From Candidatus Nomurabacteria bacterium (lineage in GTDB: Bacteria > Patescibacteriota > Minisyncoccia > Phycocordibacterales > CALRBL01): a DNA stretch of 64,000 nucleotides. Of this stretch, positions 50,442 to 61,328 are shown in pieces. The position numbers and the translations under genes are program-made. The stretch is from contig CAWIDS010000001.1 of the NCBI GenBank assembly GCA_963834935.1, forward strand, positions 65,338-129,337. The letters run 5' to 3'. The notes under the pieces were generated by a model. It made no database searches, was not told the DNA's origin, and saw nothing but the letters and a program-made list of their open reading frames with translations. The number at the start of each line of letters is the position of its first letter. Position 1 is the first letter of the stretch.

Positions 50442-50936
50442 TTATATCACACGCGAAAGGATAACCGCTAACGCTGCCACCGCTGCCTGGGATATAATTC
50501 CTATAATCGGCTGGCCATTAAGATTCTTACCTGCGTGTATCCAAATGTGAAATCTCTGGAGCAAGACGATGGGGCCTTTTCTCAGCTTGAAATATACGAA
50601 TTGAAGGAAATCAGGAATGACCGCACCGGCGGCGCCTGAAAGGATCACTCCTGAAAAATGCTTGTCGCTTGAAAATACGATAAAGACCAGTGCAAAGCCG
50701 AGGCTGATATCAAGGCATATCTTCAAAAGGTCATAAAAGAAAAGGTGATTAAGCTTGAGGTCATTATTGAGCATATTCTTCTCATCGATGCTTGCTGAGG
50801 CGAGCTTGTAATCCCAATGCGGAATGGCATCAAGGACGAAATGGCTTGCAAAGCCCATGACAAAAGCTGTCACAGGATGATCTGGCACAAGGGCGGCAAG
50901 GCTTGCTCCTACAATGGCGTGGGTTGCGAGCGTCAT
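50442..50936 (-). CDS. Membrane protein, possible metal-dependent hydrolase
   Basis: THAIVG, SHFVLDAIPHWD, IPD, FHIWIH. Confidence 0.7.
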   Translation of the reverse strand: MTLATHAIVGASLAALVPDHPVTAFVMGFASHFVLDAIPHWDYKLASASIDEKNMLNNDLKLNHLFFYDLLKICLDISLGFALVFIVFSSDKHFSGVILSGAAGAVIPDFLQFVYFKLRKGPIVLLQRFHIWIHAGKNLNGQPIIGIISQAAVAALAVILSRVI

Positions 50937-50955
50937 ACATTCCTGATTCTACCAT

Positions 50956-50987
50956 AAAACACAAAGCCTCCCGAAGGAGGCTTTGTG
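50956..50987 (-). terminator. Intrinsic terminator
   Basis: 12-bp stem CACAAAGCCTCC/GGAGGCTTTGTG with a UUCG loop and TTTT on the minus strand. Confidence 0.8.
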
Positions 50988-51072
50988 CGATATTTACTTT
51001 GTTTTGAACTCGCATCTATTGATGTAAGCTCTCACATGCCAAAACAATAGCATATATCGCCGAAAAAAGCAA

Positions 51073-53313
51073 CTATTGAGAAGTTGTTGACGTCCCGTTG
51101 ATCTGGGCGATATAGGCATCTCCCTGCTTCTCGAAGCCCGGCTCTATGGAAATGATGTCCTTTATCTCACTTATCGCTCCTTGCTTGTCGCCATTCTGAA
51201 GCTTCTGGTTTGCGATATTGAGCTTCATCTGAAGGAGGCTGTTCAGCCTGTCTGTCTGCTTGGTGTCGTAATATGCCCTCAACATGCGTATATCTACTCC
51301 ATCGTCAGTATTCTTCAAGGGAGCAAGTATTTGGTCTGCGGTCTGATTATCTCCGGCATAGATCAAGCCGACAGCATAAACGATCCTAGCATCAGTATCG
51401 TCAGTATCGAGCTCGAATGCCTGCTTGAGAGATGGGACTGCTTCCGCGTATTGGCCATTATTGAGATATGCAGAGCCTATCTCTATAAGAATCGTCTGCT
51501 TCTCTGGGCTGAGCTCATGAGCCTTCTCAAGGTCATCTATCGCCTCCTGAAAAGGAACCGATGACGCGACCTCATGAAGCTTGCTGAGATACGAACCATA
51601 GAAAAGAAAATATCGCGGATCGAGGGGAGTTTCCTTGAGCTGCATGTCCATCTCGCTATTGGTATAGGTGACGAAGGCAGATTTAATATCGCTTGAGACA
51701 TTGAGCTCTAATATCTGTGATGTTCCCTGGAGAAGCTGTTCCCTTGCCTCGGCCGTGCCAGCTGAGCCGTAACCAATCGCGGTCTTGTAAGCGGCAAGCG
51801 CTGCAGTGAAAGCTTCAGGCGTGCCGTTCTGCAAAGCATAATTCTGATAGCTTAAAGCATCGATGAGGGTGCTTGCAGCGAGATACGGGATGGCAACGGT
51901 GTAATAAAAAGTGACCGAGAAGACCGCGATAATCGCTGCCGAACCGAGCCAGAGATATGAGCTGTCCTTGATCGGCGTTGCAAGCCATTTCATATCGAAT
52001 GTTTTCTTCTCGTGGAAGTGGACGAAAGCAAGCACAGCGAAGAACAGGATGTAGCTTGTGATGTTGTCGAAGACGAAGATGTTGTGGATGAAATAAGCGA
52101 TCAAAAGCGAAGTCAGGATGACTTTGTCCGAGAAAAGGAAATACCGATGTTCCGAATCAAGCTTCGATTTCCAGATCGAGTAGATGCATGCGGCGAAAAG
52201 AGAAAGGTATGCGAGCAGTCCGAAGACTCCGCCAGCAATCAGCCAATCGAGGAATACGTTGTGCGCCCGATCGAACCACTGTTCCTGGTCATAAATCTTC
52301 GGATCATAATATTTGGCGAAAACATAATTGAAATTATCCTGGCCCCAGCCGAGAATCGGCCTTTCTTCCACTCCTTTCAAGGCGATGCCCCAGATGCCGA
52401 AACGTCCCTTTCCTTCGGTGCTCGCGAACTGCTCGAGCCCCGACTTGTCGAAAGTGGCGAGTGCGGCGAAGCGGGAAAGCAGATCATGCTGCTTGACGAA
52501 GTTGCTCTGCTTGAACGTAGCAAGAAGCCCCGCCACCAGGACAATCGTGACAATGGCTGCCACGCTTCCATAACGGAGAACCTTGTTCTTCTTCTCGAAG
52601 AATGCGAAAGCGACCGAGGCGAAAAGCACGCCGATAATCAAGCCGATAAGGGCTCCTCGGGTTCCCGTATGATAAAAAATATACAAGTCAAAAAGTGTCA
52701 CGGCAGAATAGATTCCTATGCCGGTCCATTTTATCTCCGGATTCGTCTTGTATTTCATCGAGTGGCGAACCAATAGGAAAACGGCAAGGAAGATATGGAA
52801 GAGCATGTATATGCCAAGATAGGTGGAATTTCCTGTGCGTGCATCAATGCGCTCGATTCCCTGACCGAGCTGGTCAAGTCCGTAGAATCCCATCACCACA
52901 CTCACCGCCAGCGAGGTCTGAAAAAGCCTCTGCCAAATCTTCTCGGTCATGACATTCGAGCTTAGCACAAGGAAATAGATGAAAAGATGGACGTGAGTGA
53001 CGAATCCTTCCATCCGCTCGAAATTTGACCAGAAGCTCTTGTACGGATATATTCCGAAAATGTCGGCCACTCCAATAACGACGAGGAATGTCACCAATGA
53101 AATAGTGATGGCGGTTATTTTCGGGCGGTATTTAGGATCACGTATGGCAAGGATGAGATACAGCTCTCCCGCCAGCTCGACAAGCAGCCTGAAGAGGAGA
53201 TTCTTGCCAGTTATGTAAGGAAAAAAGAGAGAAGAAGAGACAACAAGACAGACGAATGGAATTATGAATAAAAGCGAAACGACCGAATAATGCAAGATCT
53301 TGTTAGTATTCAT
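51073..53313 (-). CDS. O-antigen ligase-family (Wzy_C) membrane protein with C-terminal TPR-like repeats
   Basis: TGTRGALIGL, RPILGWGQDNF, DRAHNVFLD, helical TPR-like tail. Confidence 0.88.
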   Translation of the reverse strand: MNTNKILHYSVVSLLFIIPFVCLVVSSSLFFPYITGKNLLFRLLVELAGELYLILAIRDPKYRPKITAITISLVTFLVVIGVADIFGIYPYKSFWSNFERMEGFVTHVHLFIYFLVLSSNVMTEKIWQRLFQTSLAVSVVMGFYGLDQLGQGIERIDARTGNSTYLGIYMLFHIFLAVFLLVRHSMKYKTNPEIKWTGIGIYSAVTLFDLYIFYHTGTRGALIGLIIGVLFASVAFAFFEKKNKVLRYGSVAAIVTIVLVAGLLATFKQSNFVKQHDLLSRFAALATFDKSGLEQFASTEGKGRFGIWGIALKGVEERPILGWGQDNFNYVFAKYYDPKIYDQEQWFDRAHNVFLDWLIAGGVFGLLAYLSLFAACIYSIWKSKLDSEHRYFLFSDKVILTSLLIAYFIHNIFVFDNITSYILFFAVLAFVHFHEKKTFDMKWLATPIKDSSYLWLGSAAIIAVFSVTFYYTVAIPYLAASTLIDALSYQNYALQNGTPEAFTAALAAYKTAIGYGSAGTAEAREQLLQGTSQILELNVSSDIKSAFVTYTNSEMDMQLKETPLDPRYFLFYGSYLSKLHEVASSVPFQEAIDDLEKAHELSPEKQTILIEIGSAYLNNGQYAEAVPSLKQAFELDTDDTDARIVYAVGLIYAGDNQTADQILAPLKNTDDGVDIRMLRAYYDTKQTDRLNSLLQMKLNIANQKLQNGDKQGAISEIKDIISIEPGFEKQGDAYIAQINGTSTTSQ

Positions 53314-53363
53314 GTCCTGAAATATTAGCATATTTGCCGAAAAAAGTGCTAATATAGCGTCCT

Positions 53364-54194
53364 ATGCAAGCGAATAGTCCTACAACGGTCATACGGCCCA
53401 AAAAGATATTCAGCCTGAAGGATCTCAGCGAATTGTGGCAATACCGTGAACTGCTCTATTTCTTTTCGTGGCGCGACCTCAAGGTCAGATACAAGCAGAC
53501 TTCGATCGGCGTGGCTTGGGCAATTTTCCAGCCTTTCATCACCATGATCGTCTTCACAGTTTTTTTCGGCAATCTGGCTAAGATTCCTTCCGACGGCGTA
53601 CCATATGCCATCTTCGTCTACGTCGGGCTACTTTTCTGGCAATTCTTCTCAAGCGCCCTTTCCGATACGAGCGACGTGCTCATCTCGAATCAGGCGATCG
53701 TCACCAAAGTATATTTTCCGAGGCTTCTCTTGCCTATCTCAAGCGTCATCACCAAGCTTGTCGACTTCGCCATCGCTTCGGTCATCCTTGTTGGCTTGAT
53801 GGTGTATTACGGATATGCGCCGCACCTCTCCGGACTTCTGATTCTTCCGCTGCTTCTCGTCATCTCATTCATGGCATCAGTCGGCGGCGGATTAATACTT
53901 GCATCTGTGAATGTAAAATACCGAGACGTCCGCTACGCACTTCCCTTTTTCATACAGATCCTGCTTTTCGTCACGCCGGTCATCTATTCTTCAAGCATTG
54001 TCGGAAAATATTCCTGGATACTGGCCATTAACCCGATGTCGGGAGTGATACAAAGCGCCCGCGCTGCCCTTCTCGGCACCGCACCGATAAACTGGAACCT
54101 GATCGGCATATCATTCCTGGCGACGACCCTGCTCATGATCGGTGGCATCTATTTCTTCAAAAAGACTGAACAGTATTTCGCTGACATCATATAA
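53364..54194 (+). CDS. wzm: Polysaccharide ABC transporter permease (Wzm)
   Basis: RDLKVRYKQTSIGVAW, KVYFPR, YRDV, TPVIY, NPM. Confidence 0.92.
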   Translation: MQANSPTTVIRPKKIFSLKDLSELWQYRELLYFFSWRDLKVRYKQTSIGVAWAIFQPFITMIVFTVFFGNLAKIPSDGVPYAIFVYVGLLFWQFFSSALSDTSDVLISNQAIVTKVYFPRLLLPISSVITKLVDFAIASVILVGLMVYYGYAPHLSGLLILPLLLVISFMASVGGGLILASVNVKYRDVRYALPFFIQILLFVTPVIYSSSIVGKYSWILAINPMSGVIQSARAALLGTAPINWNLIGISFLATTLLMIGGIYFFKKTEQYFADII

Positions 54195-54203
54195 ATACGA
54201 GCA

Positions 54204-55460
54204 ATGGAAAAAGCAATCATCGAAGTAAAGAATATCGGAAAGAAATATAATATCTCGCATCAGCGTGGCGGCTATGTCGCCTTGCGCGATGTCATCGCTG
54301 GCGTTTTCAAGACGCCGTTCAAATTCCTCAAGCAGAAGGTCAAACAAGTGACAGGCTTCAAGACTAAAGAAGAATTCTGGGCGCTCAAAGGCGTCAACTT
54401 CGAGATCAAGAAGGGTGAAGTAGTCGGCATCATCGGCAGGAACGGCGCGGGCAAGTCGACCCTTCTGAAGATACTTTCCCAGATCACCCCTCCCACTGAA
54501 GGGGAAATAAAGATTTACGGCCGCGTCGGCTCGCTGCTCGAAGTAGGCACCGGCTTTCACCCTGAACTTACCGGCCGCGAGAATATCTTTCTCAACGGCG
54601 CCATCCTCGGCATGACGAAGAAAGAAATCGTTCGAAAATTCGACGAGATCGTCGCCTTCGCCGGTATTGATCGCTTCCTTGATACTCCCGTCAAACATTA
54701 CTCAAGCGGAATGTACGTGCGTCTCGCTTTCTCCGTCGCTGCCCACATGGAGCCGGATATTCTTATTATCGACGAAGTGCTTGCCGTCGGAGACGCCGAA
54801 TTCCAGAAGAAATGCCTCGGCAAGATGGAAGAGATCACCAAGGGCGAAGGACGTACCATCCTTTTCGTCAGCCACAACATGGGAGCGGTCCAGCAGCTTT
54901 GCAAGAAATCGATCCTGCTCAAGGAAGGCAAAGTAGATTATATCGGCCCGACCGAGACTGCCATCTCGAAATACATGGATGCCTCACTGAACAAGGACTC
55001 GGGAAAAATGGATTTGAGAAAATTCAACGGCAGCCTTTCAAGCAAGGCATCTTTCACCGACATTTATATAAATGACGGCGATGGATTCGCCAATATAAAA
55101 CCTTCTTCAGCAATCACCATCAAGGCGAAAGGTGAGATAATTGAAGAAATCGAGCTGTTCAACGTCTCTTTCTCAGTTTATGCGAAAGGAATAAGGCTTT
55201 TCACTACGGAAGATGTCGAGACTCCTTCAACAATCAAGAAAGGCTTGTTCGAATCGGAAATTGTCATTCCTGCATACATGCTCCGACCCGGAAATTATTC
55301 CATCGGCCTTGGCGGTTGGAACGAACGGGGCGATTGGCTCTACGCCGAAGATGTCGGGCATTTCAATATCCTTGAGGAATGGGACATGGCGAATAAAGAG
55401 GCCCATTTCGGCATCATCAATATTCCCGTAAAAGGAAAACGTACTATCCATGAAAAATGA
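54204..55460 (+). CDS. wzt: Polysaccharide ABC transporter ATPase (Wzt) with C-terminal extension
   Basis: GRNGAGKSTL, YSSGMYVRLAF, DEVLAVGD, C-terminal domain. Confidence 0.93.
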   Translation: MEKAIIEVKNIGKKYNISHQRGGYVALRDVIAGVFKTPFKFLKQKVKQVTGFKTKEEFWALKGVNFEIKKGEVVGIIGRNGAGKSTLLKILSQITPPTEGEIKIYGRVGSLLEVGTGFHPELTGRENIFLNGAILGMTKKEIVRKFDEIVAFAGIDRFLDTPVKHYSSGMYVRLAFSVAAHMEPDILIIDEVLAVGDAEFQKKCLGKMEEITKGEGRTILFVSHNMGAVQQLCKKSILLKEGKVDYIGPTETAISKYMDASLNKDSGKMDLRKFNGSLSSKASFTDIYINDGDGFANIKPSSAITIKAKGEIIEEIELFNVSFSVYAKGIRLFTTEDVETPSTIKKGLFESEIVIPAYMLRPGNYSIGLGGWNERGDWLYAEDVGHFNILEEWDMANKEAHFGIINIPVKGKRTIHEK

Positions 55461-56916
55461 GAATTCAAAAAAAGTGGCATTGGTGACGCTTGTCACCGGC
55501 GAAGAATACAGCAAACTCTATTACGAGCACTTCTTCCCTTCGCACCAGCGATTCGCCAAGAAGCACGGACTTGACCTGATCGTGCTCAAAGACCGCATCG
55601 ACAAGAGCGAATACGGCATGGCTCGTCACCCTTCATGGCAGAAGCTGCTCATCTTCCAAGCGCCGGAGACTGCAGGCTACGAAAGGCTGTGCTGGATTGA
55701 TGCCGACATCTATATCACCTATCATGCCAAGAACCCTTTCTTTGAGGTGAAAAAAGGCTATTGGGGCGCTGTCAGGAACAATCCCTTCGGTTTCGACTAT
55801 CTCAACAAGACTGATCTCGAGCTGTACGCTTTCTGTCCGACAGAAAACAGGCCTTTATATATATTGAATGGCGGATTCTTCGTCGTTGAAAAATCGGAGC
55901 ATCAAGCCCTCTTTGAAAAGGTCTACAAAGATTACCCTGAACAGCCATGCTACGAGCAAGGTCCGCTTTCATACCACCTGATCAACGAGAAGAAAGGCGT
56001 CGAGCTTCCGCCTTCTTGGAATTGCATCCAGCCGAATTATTTTAATTTTCATCAATCCCAGAACAAGATCGTCCGGATATTCAATTTCGTCATGGAAAAT
56101 GATTTCATACATTTCTGCGGAGGAATCAATTGGAAGATATTCCGAACGGCCAGTTTTCTCGACAATACGCTGGCTGACTTCGATACCATCTCTAAAACCA
56201 GATTCATGAGAAAGGTAGGAAAGGTGTATTCGAGAATCCTGGAAAAATTAAGCAAGTTGGAGCGAAAGAACGAAGATGAAGAGAAACTCGAAACGTATCA
56301 CGCTGAAAATGCGCGGCTTGAGAATGAATTCGATTCCCTTCCGCCGCCCAAAAAGCTCCATTTCGGCTGCGGGCCGCGCGTGCTCAAAGGCTGGATCAAC
56401 ATTGATCTTTTCTTTGAGCCATACGAACAATACATGAAAAGCTATACGGCTGAATTTTACGGAGAGGAGATGCGTGGAAGCCGGAATGAGTTCTATGCGA
56501 TCGATATCATCAAGACCGGTCTGAATCTTCCGGATAATTCCGTCGATGTAATCTTCCACGAGGATTTCATCGAGCATCTGAGCGAAAAGGAGCAGGTCAT
56601 ATTCCTCGCGGAAACTTTGCGCGTTCTCAAACCCGGCGGGATCCACCGCATCAACACGCCTGAGCTTCTCATGGCTATGAAAAAATCCCGCTTTGCAGAA
56701 GGTAAAGCCGGCGTCTACGAAGCGGAATGGAATAATCACGGCCATTTCAACATCCTAACCAAACGGAACATGGAAGAACTTGCGCGCATGGTCGGATATT
56801 CGAGTATAGTATTCAATTCAAGAAATAATAGTACGTCGAAAATGATCCCTAAAGAATACAGACCAGCACCAGACAGACCAGAGGATGGAAATATTTTTGC
56901 TGATCTCATTAAATAA
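55450..56916 (+). CDS. Glycosyltransferase (GT-A) fused to a SAM-dependent methyltransferase
   Basis: N-half PSWQKL, WIDAD, NGGF, YEQG, IHFCG; C-half LHFGCG, GWINID, EHL, RVLKPGG. Confidence 0.78.
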   Translation: MKNENSKKVALVTLVTGEEYSKLYYEHFFPSHQRFAKKHGLDLIVLKDRIDKSEYGMARHPSWQKLLIFQAPETAGYERLCWIDADIYITYHAKNPFFEVKKGYWGAVRNNPFGFDYLNKTDLELYAFCPTENRPLYILNGGFFVVEKSEHQALFEKVYKDYPEQPCYEQGPLSYHLINEKKGVELPPSWNCIQPNYFNFHQSQNKIVRIFNFVMENDFIHFCGGINWKIFRTASFLDNTLADFDTISKTRFMRKVGKVYSRILEKLSKLERKNEDEEKLETYHAENARLENEFDSLPPPKKLHFGCGPRVLKGWINIDLFFEPYEQYMKSYTAEFYGEEMRGSRNEFYAIDIIKTGLNLPDNSVDVIFHEDFIEHLSEKEQVIFLAETLRVLKPGGIHRINTPELLMAMKKSRFAEGKAGVYEAEWNNHGHFNILTKRNMEELARMVGYSSIVFNSRNNSTSKMIPKEYRPAPDRPEDGNIFADLIK

Positions 56917-57735
56917 ATGAATAGGATAAAGAAGATATTGCCGGCCGGAATAAAGAATTTTCTCAAAGGAGTCATTTCCTTTTTCCGCGCCTCAGTGGAC
57001 CTGATAAAAAGAAGGAAGAGGCGATTCTTGCGTACATTTTCAAAAAACAGCGAGGCCGGATACTCATTTGCCATCCTTGCCGTCAAAAAGACCGCCTACA
57101 TCGACATGGCGATAGACAACATCAATTCCCTTCACTATATCAATCCGAATCATCACGTAACCCTTTACTGCGATACTGCCTGCTTGGAATATGTCTCAGG
57201 GAAAAAAGATAAGCTTGATTACCCACAAAAGGTCGCGATCATAGACTCATACGGAAAAGAAGACAGGCCGTGGCAAGAAAGCAAGATCGATACCTTGATC
57301 GATGCCAGCCGCAAAGGAATGATACTGACTGATGCCGACGGCATATGGCATGAGGATCCAATTGTCGACCCGGAAAAAATAACCATGCTCGTCATCGTCA
57401 ACAAGATAAAGGAAAAGGTGGACGAGCTGCAGCTCGTCGAGACTCTCTTCAAGAAAGAATGGGGCGATTTCACCCATTATGTGACAGGATTCGTCTCTAT
57501 CCCATCACGACTAATGACGGAAGAAGTCGCCGCTGACATGAGATCATTCAACGCGCTCATTTTCACCGAAGGAAAGGGCTTGAAAAGGCTTTCGGAAGAG
57601 CTCTCCATAAATCTCGCTCTGCAATCTCACTATCCCGCAGAGCTTTTCTCGACGCTGAAGGACGAAGATGGTCCGGGAAGCACCTCATCTCTTCAATCGC
57701 TTTATTACGGCTGCCTCAATGAGATAACCGAATAA
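56917..57735 (+). CDS. Hypothetical protein, possible glycosyltransferase
   Basis: DAD motif; lies in the glycan operon. Confidence 0.6.
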   Translation: MNRIKKILPAGIKNFLKGVISFFRASVDLIKRRKRRFLRTFSKNSEAGYSFAILAVKKTAYIDMAIDNINSLHYINPNHHVTLYCDTACLEYVSGKKDKLDYPQKVAIIDSYGKEDRPWQESKIDTLIDASRKGMILTDADGIWHEDPIVDPEKITMLVIVNKIKEKVDELQLVETLFKKEWGDFTHYVTGFVSIPSRLMTEEVAADMRSFNALIFTEGKGLKRLSEELSINLALQSHYPAELFSTLKDEDGPGSTSSLQSLYYGCLNEITE

Positions 57736-57736
57736 T

Positions 57737-58621
57737 ATGGATAAGCTTCAAAAAAAGATACATAACCGCATGATCCGCATCAGGAAATTCCTTGTCGCTC
57801 ATTCGGGCAATCCGAGGCCTTCCAGCTATCCGTATGTCAGCGGCGATACTTTCCGGGCCATCGCGGATCATATTCATGATGACCTGAAGACAGTTGATAC
57901 TTCAAAAGTAAAAGAAGCTGATATTATTTTCGTCAAAATATCATATATAAAAGAATTCTTTGAAAAGATCCATCCTCACATAAAATTTCCATATAAGCTC
58001 ATCACTCACAATGGCGATATCCTGATCGACGAAAAGTTGTCGACATACGCGGACGAAAAAATCATCAAGTGGTATGGGCAGAATGTCACGATAAATCATC
58101 CTAGGATCGTTCCGCTGCCGATCGGCCTCGAGAATATCTCCTACTGCAACAGTGGCCTGCCTAAATATTTCAATCGGCTCAGGATAAAGAGCCTGCCTAA
58201 AAAAAATCGAATACTCTTCGGCTTCAATATCATGACCAACAAGGAAAAGCGTCAGCAAGCGGAAAATGTCCTACTCTTCCTTCCCGTCGCCGACAAGATA
58301 CAAGGCTGGCCCGGAGCGAAAAAATATCTCGAACTTGCGGCATCGTACGCTTTTGTCGCTTCTCCCGAAGGCAACGGTATCGACTGCCACCGCACGTGGG
58401 AAGCCCTTTATCTTGGTGCTGTCCCCATCGTCACCTCTTCGCCGGTAACTGAGCACTTCAAAAGCATTGGATTCCCTCTTTTTGTGATCAAGGATTGGAA
58501 AGAGCTGTGTGGACTTACTGAAAATGATCTGAAAAAAAAATATCACGAGCTTCAGGATTCATTTGACAAAAGCCTCCTTCGAGCCGATTATTGGTTTAAT
58601 CTCATATGCCCGAAAAAATGA
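57737..58621 (+). CDS. Exostosin/GT47-like protein
   Basis: ITHNGD, LPIGLEN, SPEGNGIDCHRTWEALYLGAVP. Confidence 0.7.
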   Translation: MDKLQKKIHNRMIRIRKFLVAHSGNPRPSSYPYVSGDTFRAIADHIHDDLKTVDTSKVKEADIIFVKISYIKEFFEKIHPHIKFPYKLITHNGDILIDEKLSTYADEKIIKWYGQNVTINHPRIVPLPIGLENISYCNSGLPKYFNRLRIKSLPKKNRILFGFNIMTNKEKRQQAENVLLFLPVADKIQGWPGAKKYLELAASYAFVASPEGNGIDCHRTWEALYLGAVPIVTSSPVTEHFKSIGFPLFVIKDWKELCGLTENDLKKKYHELQDSFDKSLLRADYWFNLICPKK

Positions 58622-59805
58622 AGCCTCGTCTCTCCATAATAATGCCCTGCTATAATTGCGCCTCGACGCTTGAGGAATCGCTCGATTCCGCATATGCGCA
58701 GGCCCTCACCATTCCTTTCGAGATAATAATGGTGGATGACGGATCGACTGACAAGACAGCAGGATTGATAAAAAAGCTCGCTTCGAAGCATCCGGAAATA
58801 AAGACACTCGCGCATGAAATAAATCGCGGCGGGGGAGCGGCGCGAAATACCGGCATCAAGAACTCTTCCGGAGAGCTGATTTTCTGCCTCGATAGTGATA
58901 ATGTGCTCGGTCCGGGATCGCTCAATGCCCTGATCTCCTATCTCTCAGAAAAGAAGGCGGACGCTGTTGCTTTCGGCGAGCGTCGCTTCTTCATCGGCAA
59001 TAACCTCAGCAAATTCCGCGCCGAGAAATATCCCGTCACAAGCGAACCTTTCCCTTTTATCGGCCTCTTCAAGGAAAAGGCCGTTCTCCTTGATAATTTT
59101 CTTTTTACCAAGGAATCATTCCTCCGCACTGAGGGTTATCCCGAACATCACGGCTTCGATACCCAATGCTTCGAGATCCGTTATCTTTTATCGGGAGCCA
59201 AGCTGTATATTGTTCCTGATGCAATCTTCTACCATCGACAGGTTGGAGGCAAGAAATCATATTTTGAGAGAGTGTATGAATCAGGAGAATTTTCCAAGAA
59301 CTTCTATCTCATATATGAGGATTTATTTTGTCTTTTTTCTCCTGAAACGAGGAAAGCAATAATCAATTTCAACATCTTCAGGCAGAATACCTTGGACGAC
59401 CAAAGCCTTCCAAAGATGATAGAAAAGCTTTACATGAAAGATCCCGGCAGCTTTCTCGTCAAAAATTACGAAAAATTCACGGCGCCGTCTGCCTTTGAAG
59501 ATACGATCGATGGACTCTTCTGCAAGGCGATATTTCTCTACAAAGACAAAAAATTTAAGGAAGCTCTCGATTGCTACGCTACATTGGCTGAAAAAGGGCT
59601 CGATACGCCAATCCTTCACTTCAACATGTTGAGAAATACCTTGGCCCTCGCCTATCCCAATGACCTCGTCTCCATTGAAAAAAGGGTTTCAGCCGTTCTC
59701 GATTCCATGAGCGTCAAAAGAAGGAGAATCGACATGAGGAATGGTATTATAAGGAGAATAATTAATAAGATAAAAAATGAATACGACAAGACTGCAGAAA
59801 ATTAA
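58606..59805 (+). CDS. Glycosyltransferase family 2
   Basis: SIIMPCYN, VDDGSTD, ARNTG, LDSD. Confidence 0.9.
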   Translation: MPEKMKPRLSIIMPCYNCASTLEESLDSAYAQALTIPFEIIMVDDGSTDKTAGLIKKLASKHPEIKTLAHEINRGGGAARNTGIKNSSGELIFCLDSDNVLGPGSLNALISYLSEKKADAVAFGERRFFIGNNLSKFRAEKYPVTSEPFPFIGLFKEKAVLLDNFLFTKESFLRTEGYPEHHGFDTQCFEIRYLLSGAKLYIVPDAIFYHRQVGGKKSYFERVYESGEFSKNFYLIYEDLFCLFSPETRKAIINFNIFRQNTLDDQSLPKMIEKLYMKDPGSFLVKNYEKFTAPSAFEDTIDGLFCKAIFLYKDKKFKEALDCYATLAEKGLDTPILHFNMLRNTLALAYPNDLVSIEKRVSAVLDSMSVKRRRIDMRNGIIRRIINKIKNEYDKTAEN

Positions 59806-60560
59806 AAGGAAAGTTGGAAAGATACCGTTTGCCGCGCCGCTGTATCACTCGCTCAAAGGAAGCTATTATTACGCCGATTTCATCAGGGATTTTTTCGCAT
59901 TCAAGAAGATGTCCGGCGCTAATCCCCGCTTCCCCCGTATCGTGGACCAGGCAGTACCCATGCCTTACTGACAAGACGTCCATCACCGGCTTCGAGCCGC
60001 ACTACCTCTACCATCCTGCATGGGCTGCCCGCATCATCGCTGAGGTCAAGCCGAAGCTTCATATCGACTTCTCTTCGATCCTTCATTTCAGCACCCTTGT
60101 CTCGGCATTCGTGCCGGTCCATTTTTATGATTACCGCCCGGCTGACATAAAGCTGAAAAATCTCGAATGCAAGAAAGGAGACTTGCTTGCTATGCCTTTC
60201 GCTGACAGTTCCGTCGAATCGCTTTCGTGCATGCATACCATCGAGCATGTCGGCCTCGGCCGCTACGGCGATCCGCTTGATCCCGAAGGCGACCTCAAGG
60301 CAATCAAAGAACTCATCCGAGTGCTTGCACCAGGAGGCACGCTCATCTTCGTCACCCCGATCGGTAAAGCAAAACTCGAATACAATGCGCACCGCATCTA
60401 TTCATATGCACAGATAAAAAGCTATTTCAAAGAACTTACTCTAAAAGAATTCTCTCTCATTCCCGACAATTTCCTTGAAACAGGAATAGTAAAAAATGCG
60501 ACAGAAGAATTAGCTGACAAGCAAGAGTGGGGCTGCGGCTGTTTCTGGTTCACGAAGTAA
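59777..60560 (+). CDS. SAM-methyltransferase-like (DUF268-like) protein, apparent extra C near 59935
   Basis: MNTTRLQK frame joins the HYLYHPAWA...EHVGLGRYGD...NAHRIY frame at a C run. Confidence 0.75.
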
Positions 60561-61314
60561 AGCCGAGCAGCTTCTTGTCTTCTTCGTCAATCGGCGTCTC
60601 ATATAGATCCTTGTACTGGTGAAGGATTGAGATGTCGTGCAATTCATTCTTTCTTTTATCGAAATCCACGTACCATGTCTCACAGAGGCCCTTGAACGGG
60701 CCGATAGTTCCACCATGATAGAGCACGAGCAGGCTGATCCAAATATCGCTGACGAATTTATCCCAGTGCACATGGGGCCTTATTTTTTCGATATCGCCTT
60801 CGACATCAGTGAAATGCTCGAGAATAAATGACTTCTTGACGATACAGCCGCCGAAGCCTCCCCAATAATAATTCCTTGTCCAAAAAGGAATGCTCTTATT
60901 CCTCTTTTTCAGGAATTTCGTTTCATTGCGCCCGAGCTGCATGGCGGGATTGTTTCCGTTTATGGTGAATGGCAGCTGCTGCCGAACCACATCCATCACG
61001 AGAACATCGTCTTCAAGAAGAAGGATATAGTCCTCCTTTATATATTTCGCCGCATCGACGAGACGATGAAGCCATGAGATGAGACGGTCAGGATTCTCGA
61101 ATACGTTCGATACGCCATTCCCTGTATTGAAGCTCTCATTCTTATAGCGGACATTGAAATGCTCGGCAAGCTTCGAAAAATCATCGCCTCCGTCGCCGAC
61201 GACGTACATGTCGGAATCCGGATAATATTTCCTGAAGGAAGATATAACCGAAATGACCGCCTTCGGCCGCTTGTAGCACTGATAGAAGGCCCCTATAGAC
61301 GGATATTCACTCAT
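60550..61314 (-). CDS. GT-A fold glycosyltransferase-like protein, inverted within the cluster
   Basis: VVGDGGDD, ILLLEDDV, HQYK. Confidence 0.68.
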   Translation of the reverse strand: MSEYPSIGAFYQCYKRPKAVISVISSFRKYYPDSDMYVVGDGGDDFSKLAEHFNVRYKNESFNTGNGVSNVFENPDRLISWLHRLVDAAKYIKEDYILLLEDDVLVMDVVRQQLPFTINGNNPAMQLGRNETKFLKKRNKSIPFWTRNYYWGGFGGCIVKKSFILEHFTDVEGDIEKIRPHVHWDKFVSDIWISLLVLYHGGTIGPFKGLCETWYVDFDKRKNELHDISILHQYKDLYETPIDEEDKKLLGFTS

Positions 61315-61328
61315 GATAAGATGATAGC

